This document shows positions 10,245 through 18,244 of a DNA stretch of 64,000 nt, one piece after another. The notes beneath the pieces were generated by a model, which was not told the DNA's origin, searched no databases, and saw only the letters and a program-made list of their open reading frames with translations. The stretch is taken from contig JBOGEN010000107.1 in NCBI GenBank assembly GCA_050743265.1, forward strand, positions 5,612 through 69,611, given 5' to 3'. The stretch is from Actinomycetes bacterium (GTDB lineage Bacteria; Actinomycetota; Actinomycetes; JBOGEN01). The position numbers and the translations under genes were made by a program. Within the stretch, counting starts at the first letter, position 1. Every line of letters starts with the position of its first letter.

Positions 10245-11636
10245 GTGAGCGACGTCAGCGCTGCGGCTGGGCACGTGACCACGCGCGTCCTGGCCGTGGC
10301 CGACTCCGACTCGTACCTGAAGTGGGCCGCAGCGCTGCTCGATGACCTCCCCGACCGGTGGGAGCGACGACTCGTCGTCGTGCGCTCGCCGATCGCGCCC
10401 ACCTCACGACAGGTCGCCGCGGCGACCACTACGACCGGCAGGGCGGGACGCCCCCCACCGGTCGTGACGACCCGCGCCCTGCGGCGGCTTGCCGAGCGCT
10501 ACCGACCGGATGCCCTGCTGCTGGCGTGTACGGGCCCGGTCGTGGACCTGCTGGCGAACGTGACGCTGACCGGGTTGAGCCGGCGACCGGTCCTGGTGTC
10601 CGGTCTGCCGGGCATCGCCGTTCCCGCCTCGGCGAGGGCTTGGCTGTACCGCTCGTCCGTCGACCTGGTCGTGGTGCACAGCCTGCGGGAGGTGTGCGAC
10701 GTCACCGAGCTCGGCCATGCGCTGGGCGCAGCCGGGACGGTCGGACTGGCCCGGCTGCCCTTCCTCTCACGGAGCGGTGCGCCGGGCCACGGAGTCCGTG
10801 GCGAAGGGTCGCGCGACGGGCCCGCTGGCGCAGGTGCGTCCCGGCGGGACCAGGTGGTCTTCGCCGTCCAGTCCCTGGTGCCAGCCCGCGGAGAGGACCG
10901 CGAACGCGTCCTCCGCGCGCTTGCGGCGCTCGCCGAGCAGCGCCCTGACCTGAAGGTCGTGGTGAAGCTCCGGTCGACCGACGGGGAGATGCAGACCCAT
11001 CGCGAGCACCTCCCGTACCGCGAGCTGTGGGACGGTCTCGTGGCCGCCGGAGACGTGCGCGCCGGTGCGGTGGTCTTCGAGACGGGCGAGATGCGCGGCC
11101 ACCTGGAACGGGCCGCCGGGTTCGTGACAGTCGGCTCGACCGCGGCGCTCGAGGCGATCGCCATGTCCGTGCCTCTGCTGGTTCTCTCCGACTTCTGGGT
11201 CAGCGACGACCTGCTCAACGTGGCGTTCGAGGGCAGCGGCTGCCTGGGCACGCTCGCGGACCTGGAGAAGGCCGACTTCCGCGTTCCTGATCCCGGCTGG
11301 TGTGCCCGGAACTACTTCCACGACGCGTGCGCCGCGACCTGGCAGGACCTGCTGGTCGGGCTGCTCGGTGAGGCGCGTGCGGAGCGCCTGCCCGAAGCCA
11401 CCTCCCTCCTGCAGGACGGAGCGTCGGTCTCGCGCCGTCGCCGGGCGCGGCTTCGGCTGATGGTCCCGCCGTCGCTGTACCGCGTCGCCGTGCGCGCGTC
11501 CCGCTGGTGTACGCGGGCCAGCCGCAGGGTCGGCCGGGATCTTCGGCGGAGACCCACACGGGGGACGAGGACGCACGAGAACACGCCGTCCCGTGCAACG
11601 GCGGGGGTGCCACCTCCGGACCGGGGCGCACCTTAG
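10245..11636 (+). CDS. Hypothetical protein with GT-B-like C-terminal segment (putative glycosyltransferase of the nonulosonic-acid polymer locus)
   Basis: GTG start preceded by aggaggg. VLAVADSDSYLKWAAAL Rossmann-like N-terminus. Segment GFVTVGSTAALEAIAMSVPLLVL resembles GT-B donor-binding helices. Family assignment is from memory only. Confidence 0.45.
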   Translation: MSDVSAAAGHVTTRVLAVADSDSYLKWAAALLDDLPDRWERRLVVVRSPIAPTSRQVAAATTTTGRAGRPPPVVTTRALRRLAERYRPDALLLACTGPVVDLLANVTLTGLSRRPVLVSGLPGIAVPASARAWLYRSSVDLVVVHSLREVCDVTELGHALGAAGTVGLARLPFLSRSGAPGHGVRGEGSRDGPAGAGASRRDQVVFAVQSLVPARGEDRERVLRALAALAEQRPDLKVVVKLRSTDGEMQTHREHLPYRELWDGLVAAGDVRAGAVVFETGEMRGHLERAAGFVTVGSTAALEAIAMSVPLLVLSDFWVSDDLLNVAFEGSGCLGTLADLEKADFRVPDPGWCARNYFHDACAATWQDLLVGLLGEARAERLPEATSLLQDGASVSRRRRARLRLMVPPSLYRVAVRASRWCTRASRRVGRDLRRRPTRGTRTHENTPSRATAGVPPPDRGAP

Positions 11637-11690
11637 GCGCAGCCACCTGACCCACGACGACCCCGCAAGCCGTCCCCCGAGGAGCGACCC

Positions 11691-12662
11691 ATGGAGTGGC
11701 GCCACACCCTGTGGCCCGAGATCCGGATGGTCTACACCGCCACGCCCAAGGTCGCCAACACGTCGGTCAAGTCGACCCTCCTCCAGTCGTTCCACCCGGA
11801 GGCACCCCGCCGGAACCCGCACGCCGAGATGCTCCCGTACCTGGAGGTTCACCCCACGGCGATCGCCAGGCGCTACCCCGACTTCCTGCACTTCGCCGTG
11901 GCCCGCGACCCCTTCGACAGGTTCGTCTCGTTCTTCGAGGACAGGGTCAAGGGCACGGGCTTCACCGAGCGGATCCAGCGGCTCGGCTTCGACCCGACGA
12001 TGGGCTTCACCGAAGCAGCCGAGCTCGCCAGCACCATCTCCGACAGGCGGGCGGATCCCCACCTGCGCTCACAGTCCTTCCTCCTCACGGACCGCCGGGG
12101 ACGGCTCAGACCCCATCTCGTGCTCCGGTTCGAGCGCATGAGTCAGGACTGGAGGCTGCTCTGCGCCCTGGCCGAGCAGCAGACCGGCCACAAGCCCGGT
12201 CCGCTCCCGCACCGGCGTGTGTCCGAACGCCGGGACATCGCGTCCTACTACGACGACGAGACGCTGGGCCTGGTCGCCGAGCGATTCCGTACGGACTTCG
12301 AGCTGCTCGGCTATCCCACGCGGCCGCTCGTCACGTCCGAGTCAGCCACCGAGGACGCCGACCCAGCCGGCCACGCACTCCTGCAGGCCCTCGCGGCCGG
12401 CGGCAGCACCGTGCTCGACCTGAGTGCACCGTCCCGGAGCCGAGCGGTCGCCGTCGAGGCAGGGGGCGGGTACTACCTCGGGGTGGTGAGCGGTTCGGCC
12501 GTCGGGCAGCTGACCGACGTCCGTGTCCTGAAGGACGGGCGAGTTCCCGACTCGGCGTTCGACGTGCTCGTGGTCAACGGGCGCGACGCACGTCTGTTCG
12601 GCACGTATCGGTGGCTCCGCGCGAGATTCGCGTCCAGTGGGCGCACCGTCATCACCGTCTGA
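11691..12662 (+). CDS. Sulfotransferase-family protein (Sulfotransfer_2-like, PAPS-dependent)
   Basis: 5'-PSB-like motif YTATPKVANTSVKSTL near the N-terminus. RBS gaggag upstream. Confidence 0.6.
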   Translation: MEWRHTLWPEIRMVYTATPKVANTSVKSTLLQSFHPEAPRRNPHAEMLPYLEVHPTAIARRYPDFLHFAVARDPFDRFVSFFEDRVKGTGFTERIQRLGFDPTMGFTEAAELASTISDRRADPHLRSQSFLLTDRRGRLRPHLVLRFERMSQDWRLLCALAEQQTGHKPGPLPHRRVSERRDIASYYDDETLGLVAERFRTDFELLGYPTRPLVTSESATEDADPAGHALLQALAAGGSTVLDLSAPSRSRAVAVEAGGGYYLGVVSGSAVGQLTDVRVLKDGRVPDSAFDVLVVNGRDARLFGTYRWLRARFASSGRTVITV

Positions 12663-12692
12663 GCTGCGTCACCCGACCACCGCGAGGAGGCC

Positions 12693-13577
12693 TTGGAGCA
12701 GATGCGGATCCACGTCCACGTCGGCGTGCACAAGACGGCTACGACGTACGTCCAGGGAGTGCTGCGACACAACCTCATGGCGCTCAACGAGGCCGGCGTC
12801 GGGTACGTGCCGATGGGCACGCTCCGCCGGTGGGTCACCCGCCAGCTCATGGCGTATCACCCCGAAGACTTCGAGATCGAGCAGCACCTCGACCGGTTCT
12901 TCCCCCACGGTGTGCCCGACCAGGTCACAGGTCTCGTCCTCTCGGACGAGAACCTGCTCGGTGACTGCCAGACCTTCGTCCGCACCGGCTGCCCGTACCC
13001 ACGGCTGGAGGACCGGCTCGGGCAGCTCGGCCGCCTGCTGTCCGGGCACGAGGTGTCGCTGTTCTGTGCCATTCGTGGGTACGAGTCGTTTCCTGCCTCG
13101 GCCTACTGCGAGGGCATGCGTCACGCGGGATTCGTTCCCTTCACCGAGTTCGAGAGCCGGATCGACTGGCAGGCGTTGCACTGGCCGGTGATCCTCGAGC
13201 GCATGGAGCGGGCGCTGCGCCCCACGGAGCTCAGGGTCTGGCGGCTGGAGGACTTCCGCGGCCACGCCGGCCAGATCACCTCCGACCTCGCGTTCGGCCA
13301 GCGTCTGCTGATGGCGGTCGACACCCGGCGAGCAGAGCGCCAGTCCTTCTCGCACCTCGCGGTCGACGCCCTGCACGCCGTGGCCGAACGCCTTGGCCAG
13401 GACGTCGCATCAGAACTCGTGCGCCCGGTCAGCGACGCCCTGCCGAAGGGTCCTGACCGGCCGGCCTTCACTCCCTGGACCGGGGACCGGGTCGAGCGCC
13501 TTCGGGCGCGTTACGCCGAGAACTGCCGGGCCATCCCCCGGCACCGCTGGGTGGTCCCGCCGTCCTCTCACGGCTGA
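12693..13577 (+). CDS. Sulfotransferase-family protein (second copy)
   Basis: N-terminal HKTATTYVQ P-loop-like PAPS 5'-phosphosulfate binding motif. TTG/ATG start after gaggagg. Confidence 0.6.
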   Translation: MEQMRIHVHVGVHKTATTYVQGVLRHNLMALNEAGVGYVPMGTLRRWVTRQLMAYHPEDFEIEQHLDRFFPHGVPDQVTGLVLSDENLLGDCQTFVRTGCPYPRLEDRLGQLGRLLSGHEVSLFCAIRGYESFPASAYCEGMRHAGFVPFTEFESRIDWQALHWPVILERMERALRPTELRVWRLEDFRGHAGQITSDLAFGQRLLMAVDTRRAERQSFSHLAVDALHAVAERLGQDVASELVRPVSDALPKGPDRPAFTPWTGDRVERLRARYAENCRAIPRHRWVVPPSSHG

Positions 13578-14928
13578 GGCGGCGAGCGAGTCTGCCGCCG
13601 ACGCGGCGCGCCCGGGCGGCAAGGCGGTACGACGTGGACGCCACGCGCATCAGGGGGCGACCCGCGCCGAACAGTCCCAGGAGAAGCACCTGGTCGCGCC
13701 CGATGTAGGGTCGCGCAGCCTCCTCACCCTGCTGCCGTACGAGGCTCTCGGCGTCCTCGCGGAGCCAGGGGTAGAGGGTCGGCTGCATGCAGTACGCCAC
13801 CGCGCTGACGAGCCGCTGGCCTTCGCCGGACACCTGGCCGGGGGCCACGTACGGCTCGCTGATCCCCTCCGACGTCAGACGAGGCAGGAGAGCGTGCACG
13901 ACCGTGGCCGGGATCCGGTTGCTGTTGGGGTATGGCGCGAGACGCCCGAGGACGACGTCCGCACCGTAGGACGCGGCCGTCAGGCCATAGAGCTGGGCAG
14001 CCGTCGCCGCACCCGTGGAGAAGCAGGTCGAGACCAGCGTCGGGAGCAGCGTGTCGTAGAGGACCTCGGCGGGTGCCGGTGCCGTGCTGACCTTGACGGT
14101 CACGCCCGCCTCCCGCGCGCCCTCGACCAGGCGCCTCACCGACGTGGGAGCCGCAGCCGGATGGGGCTTGAAGATCACCGGCCCCTGACGCACACGCCCC
14201 GTGCGCACGAGGAGGTCATGGTGGAGCCGAGCCTCCTCGGCTTCGCTGAGGACTCCAAGCGCGGAGAGGTACTGCCCGAGCACGACGGAGGCCGCCCCCC
14301 GCAGCCCGCGCAACTCGTCCTCGACCAGCGGTGCACATTCCGCCGCCACCTCTGCCAGCACGGCACGCAGCGGCGCGGGATCGACGCACCGTGACGGCAC
14401 CCGGAACTCGCTGAGAAGCACCGGCGTGAGACCCGGCACCAGGTCCACGTGCATGAGCTGCTCGACTCTCGTCCCCACGGACATGGGGAGCCTGTTGCGC
14501 GTGGGGCCGTAGGTCATGAGGCCGTCGGAGACGACGTGGAGCGGGCTGTCGGGGAACAGCGCCGCCAGGGCCAGAGCGGGGTTGACCTGGATCGCCTCGA
14601 CGACGAGTGCGGGGTCCTCCGTGCCCAACCCCCAGTGCTCACGGAGCAGCCGCTGCAGGAGCAGGGCGTCGTCGGAGTGCGGCGACCACTCGTGTGCGTG
14701 GTACGGGTAGATGAGGTCGTTCCACGAGAGCACCTCGTCGAAGCGCTTGAGCAGCGCACCGAACCCCGGTGACTCGTCCAGCGCCGGCTGCGTCTCCGGC
14801 GCGTACGCGCTCGAGTAGAGCACGAGCACCCTGCTCTGGGGGCGGCCCTCGTCGAACCGTCCCTCGTCGATCGCCGCCGCCATCGTCGCGACGGTGAGGG
14901 AGGTGCTGGCGAGGAAGATCTGGGTCAC
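13468..14928 (-). CDS. Polysialyltransferase-family (A-2_8-polyST-like) glycosyltransferase
   Basis: N-terminal MTQIFLASTSLTVATMAAAIDEGRF…RVLVLYSS…LDESPGF…FDEVLSWNDLIYPYH matches my recollection of actinobacterial polysialyltransferase-family proteins. C-terminal 50 aa are R/G-rich and overlap the convergent sulfotransferase by 110 nt. Confidence 0.55.
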   Translation of the reverse strand: MTQIFLASTSLTVATMAAAIDEGRFDEGRPQSRVLVLYSSAYAPETQPALDESPGFGALLKRFDEVLSWNDLIYPYHAHEWSPHSDDALLLQRLLREHWGLGTEDPALVVEAIQVNPALALAALFPDSPLHVVSDGLMTYGPTRNRLPMSVGTRVEQLMHVDLVPGLTPVLLSEFRVPSRCVDPAPLRAVLAEVAAECAPLVEDELRGLRGAASVVLGQYLSALGVLSEAEEARLHHDLLVRTGRVRQGPVIFKPHPAAAPTSVRRLVEGAREAGVTVKVSTAPAPAEVLYDTLLPTLVSTCFSTGAATAAQLYGLTAASYGADVVLGRLAPYPNSNRIPATVVHALLPRLTSEGISEPYVAPGQVSGEGQRLVSAVAYCMQPTLYPWLREDAESLVRQQGEEAARPYIGRDQVLLLGLFGAGRPLMRVASTSYRLAARARRVGGRLARRLSRERTAGPPSGAGGWPGSSRRNAPEGARPGPRSRE

Positions 14929-15902
14929 AGCGGCATCCTCATGACGTTCGGGAGGCCCAGCCGCAGCAGGTCCAGAGCCCGGCCCCGGCGGCCCATCCCC
15001 GAGAGCACCGACGCGCGGAGCCCCGCGTCCACCCGTCTCAGTGACTGGCGCGCGAGCCGGTGGTGCTCGTGGCGGAGTCCTGCCGTCATGCGCTTCTCGT
15101 GACGCAGGTGGTGGGCCATCACGCTGAAGTACGAACGCAACGCCTTGGGCAGCAGGACGTCGGCCTCGGGGTCCGCGGCGGCCTCGGCCAGGACGATCTC
15201 GAAGCTGCGGATGTAGTCGAGCTGGCGGCGGTCACCGATCTGGGTGAGCGAGCTGGAAACGCCTCGCCGGTACATGTGACCCAGCACCGATGCCACGCCG
15301 TACGACTCGGCGCGGCGGTGCAGTCGCCACACCCACGGTCGGTCCTCGGCCGTGTGCAGGCCCGAGTCGAAGCGGAGCAGGCCGCCGTCGAGCAGTCTGC
15401 GGTCGAACACCCCTGCCCACGCGTACGCGTAGTCGACCATCGTGGTCTCGGTGGCCGGGTTGATCGACGAGCGGGGGTCGAGCGGGCGGTTCCTGCGCCC
15501 CTCCGGAGCCCGCGACACCACCCGGCGTTTGTCGAGGACCTTCACGTGGTCGACCCGGACGAAGTCGACACCCAGGCGTTCTATCGCGTGGACCATGCCG
15601 TCGAGCGTGCCCGGGGCCAGCCAGTCGTCCCCGTCAAGGAACGCGATGTAGCGTCCCTCGGCGCGGTCAAGGCCGTCGTTACGTGCGCCGGCGAGGCCGT
15701 GGGCCTGCGCGTTGCGAACCACCTCTAGGCCGGGAACCCGGCCGCGGAACGACTCGACGATCTCGGGAGTGTCGTCGCTCGAGGCGTCGTCGACGAGGAT
15801 GACCTGGTCGTCGTGGCCGACGTTGCGCGCGAGGCTGGTCAGGCACGGGGCGATGTAGGGCGCCACGTCGCGGACGGGAACGACGAGCGTCAGGCGGGTC
15901 AC
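14925..15902 (-). CDS. Glycosyltransferase family 2
   Basis: GTG start (VTRLTLVVPVRD). VILVDDASSDDT and AFLDGDDW (DxD) motifs. The 571-aa ORF in the track is an N-terminal over-extension into the NeuB gene. Confidence 0.75.
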   Translation of the reverse strand: MTRLTLVVPVRDVAPYIAPCLTSLARNVGHDDQVILVDDASSDDTPEIVESFRGRVPGLEVVRNAQAHGLAGARNDGLDRAEGRYIAFLDGDDWLAPGTLDGMVHAIERLGVDFVRVDHVKVLDKRRVVSRAPEGRRNRPLDPRSSINPATETTMVDYAYAWAGVFDRRLLDGGLLRFDSGLHTAEDRPWVWRLHRRAESYGVASVLGHMYRRGVSSSLTQIGDRRQLDYIRSFEIVLAEAAADPEADVLLPKALRSYFSVMAHHLRHEKRMTAGLRHEHHRLARQSLRRVDAGLRASVLSGMGRRGRALDLLRLGLPNVMRMPL

Positions 15903-15904
15903 GG

Positions 15905-16789
15905 TCAGGAAACCCGCCGCAGCTTCTGCATGGGCCCGAACTCGGACTCGTACACCTGCTTGACGCCGTCGCCCAGCGCCCTCTCGATGACGCGGATGTC
16001 CCGCACGAGTCGCATGAGCCCGGGGGGCTCCACCGAGGCGGCCTGGTCCGAACCCCACATGGCGCGGTCGAGGGTGATGTGGCGCTCGACGAGGCACGCG
16101 CCCATGCCCACCGCGGCCAGCGTCCCCTGCAACCCGGTCTCGTGGCCGGAGTACCCCACCGGGACACCGAACTCGGCGCCCAGGGTGTGGATCATGCGCA
16201 GGTTCAGCTCGTGCGGGGGGCACGGGTACGTGCTGGTGGAGTGCGTGAGGACGCAGCGGTCCTTCGGCACGAGGTCGACGGCCGCGCGGATCTGCTCCAT
16301 GGTCGACATCCCCGTCGACAGGATCAGCGCGCCCGGCTCCTGGGCCTTCCGCTTGATCAGCGCGTGGTCGGTGATGCACGCACTTGCCACCTTGTACGCT
16401 GGGACGCTGAACTCGCTGATGAAGTCCACGGACGGCTCGTCCCAGCAGGAGGCGAACCAGGTCATCCCCGTCTGCCGGCAGTACGCGTCGACCTCGGCGT
16501 ACCCGTCGTGGTCGAACTCCACCTGGTGCCGGTACTCCAGGTAGGTCATCCGGCCCCACGGGGTCTCCCGCTCGATGTCCCACTGCTCCGGTGGCACGCA
16601 GATCTCTGGCGTCCGCTTCTGGAACTTCACCGCGTCGCACCCCGCGAGGCGTGCAGTGTCGATCAGCTGCTTGGCGACGGCGAGGTCACCGTTGTGGTTG
16701 ATTCCGATCTCTGCGACGACGCAGACCGGGTGACCTGGTCCGACGAGCGAGTCGCCGATCCGGACGGCATCGAAGGTTGCCTGTGCCAT
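15905..16789 (-). CDS. neuB: N-acylneuraminate-9-phosphate/NeuB-family synthase (sialic acid or Kdn-9-P synthase-like; no SAF domain)
   Basis: PVCVVAEIGINHNGDLAVAKQLID…DAVKFQK… is the NeuB TIM-barrel signature. 294 aa, so the C-terminal SAF domain is absent. Confidence 0.8.
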   Translation of the reverse strand: MAQATFDAVRIGDSLVGPGHPVCVVAEIGINHNGDLAVAKQLIDTARLAGCDAVKFQKRTPEICVPPEQWDIERETPWGRMTYLEYRHQVEFDHDGYAEVDAYCRQTGMTWFASCWDEPSVDFISEFSVPAYKVASACITDHALIKRKAQEPGALILSTGMSTMEQIRAAVDLVPKDRCVLTHSTSTYPCPPHELNLRMIHTLGAEFGVPVGYSGHETGLQGTLAAVGMGACLVERHITLDRAMWGSDQAASVEPPGLMRLVRDIRVIERALGDGVKQVYESEFGPMQKLRRVS

Positions 16790-18081
16790 ATCGAGTTCCC
16801 TTCCGGTGAAACGAGCGAGTCAGGGTCGGGTGTGGGAGTGGTCGCCGTGTCGCCGCCTGCGGGCGCGTACAGGGGAAGCAGCAGGTCGCACAGCTCGCGC
16901 AGCGCACCGTTGCCTCCGTCCCGGCGGAGGACGAGGTCGCAGGCGGCCAGGGCCTCGCGTGCGGCGTCGGCGACCGCCACCGACGTTCCGGCGGCCGCCA
17001 TGCACTCCAGGTCGTTCACGTCGTTGCCGACGAACCAGACGTCATCGAGGGGGACCGACGACTCGACGGCCAGCCGGTGCAGCGCCTCGGCCTTCGCGTC
17101 CCGGAGACCCTGGACGCATTCGAGGCCGAGCTTCGCGCATCGTGCCCCGACCACCGGGTTCACCTCACTGGACAGGACCACGATGCGCACGTGCTCACGG
17201 AGGCGGGCCAGTCCGTGCCCGTCTCCGCGGTGGCAGATGACAGCCTCCCGCCCGTCCTGGTCCACGACGACGCGGTTGTCGGTGAACACCCCGTCGAAGT
17301 CGAGGAGGAGCAGGCGCGGCGGGGAAAGGTGGGCGGGCAGCCGCCGCTCGACGAGACCTGCTGCGGCGCGGACAAGAGCAAGGTCCTCGGGTGTGTCGAT
17401 CTCAGGCAGGTGCGGGACGTCGACCGCCACCCCCTCCACGCGCCCATGGAACCGGGTCCCGGTCCGCCACAGACCGCCGACGGTGAAGGCGTAGACGCCG
17501 CCGTTCTCGAGCAGCTGCGGGGAGACGTCCTGGCGGCGTGCTCGGGGGAGTGACGCATCGTGGTTGACGCCCTCCGATCCGTCCGCCGTGGCACTCCAGA
17601 GGAACCCGTGGAAGGGCGCGGCCGAGAAGGCGCTGTCCGCGGTACCGGTGAGGACGGGTTCGAGCACCGCGTCGATGTGTGCCCCGGTGGTGGAGGTGGT
17701 GGTGCACTGCAGAAGTGCAACGAACCACGGCGTGAGCCCGTCCGCGTACAGGGTGTCCACCGCGTGACGCACCGCGTCTTCACTGCTGCTCTCGTCCCCC
17801 GAGATGGTGGAGGGGCGCGTGATCACGGTCGCGCCGACTCGCGCTGCCTCCTTGGCGATCGCCGGCTCGTCCGTGCTGACGACGACGAGTTCGATCGAGG
17901 CCGCCTCCCGGGCGGCGAGCACCGTGTGTGCCACCAGGCTCAACCCGCCGACGGTGGCGAGGTTCTTGCCCGGCACTCCCTTGGAGCCGCCCCGCGCGGG
18001 GATGACCGCCACGGTGGTCACGGCGTCCGCGTGCGGCGTCTGTGCTGGGGAGGTGCCGTCCCACGGCTGACGTACTGGCAC
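16663..18081 (-). CDS. neuA: Bifunctional N-acylneuraminate cytidylyltransferase (NeuA/CMP-Kdn synthetase) fused to HAD-IIIA KdsC-like sugar-9-phosphate phosphatase
   Basis: VAVIPARGGSKGVPGKN cytidylyltransferase motif. C-terminal LLLLDFDGVFTDNRVVVDQDGREAVICHRGDGHGL…GNDVNDL is the HAD KdsC/Kdn-9-P-phosphatase signature. Last 70 aa are S/T/P-rich and overlap neuB. Confidence 0.75.
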   Translation of the reverse strand: MPVRQPWDGTSPAQTPHADAVTTVAVIPARGGSKGVPGKNLATVGGLSLVAHTVLAAREAASIELVVVSTDEPAIAKEAARVGATVITRPSTISGDESSSEDAVRHAVDTLYADGLTPWFVALLQCTTTSTTGAHIDAVLEPVLTGTADSAFSAAPFHGFLWSATADGSEGVNHDASLPRARRQDVSPQLLENGGVYAFTVGGLWRTGTRFHGRVEGVAVDVPHLPEIDTPEDLALVRAAAGLVERRLPAHLSPPRLLLLDFDGVFTDNRVVVDQDGREAVICHRGDGHGLARLREHVRIVVLSSEVNPVVGARCAKLGLECVQGLRDAKAEALHRLAVESSVPLDDVWFVGNDVNDLECMAAAGTSVAVADAAREALAACDLVLRRDGGNGALRELCDLLLPLYAPAGGDTATTPTPDPDSLVSPEGNSIWHRQPSMPSGSATRSSDQVTRSASSQRSESTTTVTSPSPSS

Positions 18082-18244
18082 ACCCGTCCCTTCTTCGCGG
18101 AGCCGACTGGTTCAGACACTGGCGAAGCCAGGTCGACGCCGCGTGAACGGACGGGGACCGCCCGGCCAGCAGCACATTCACAGTGAGAAGCCCGCGCCCC
18201 GTGCGGATCTTGGGGGAGTCCCACGGGTCGGCACACTGGGCCCT

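Noticed and set aside
8025-10274. 749-aa minus-strand ORF spanning the DHFR-family gene and the hypothetical gene at 9105
   Set aside because: Arg/Gly/Pro-rich nonsense with no domain. It overlaps clean plus-strand genes that have RBSs.
15903-16640. N-terminal extension of the 571-aa minus-strand ORF into neuB
   Set aside because: The GT2 domain begins at GTG 15902, immediately after the neuB stop. The extension is antisense-frame junk.
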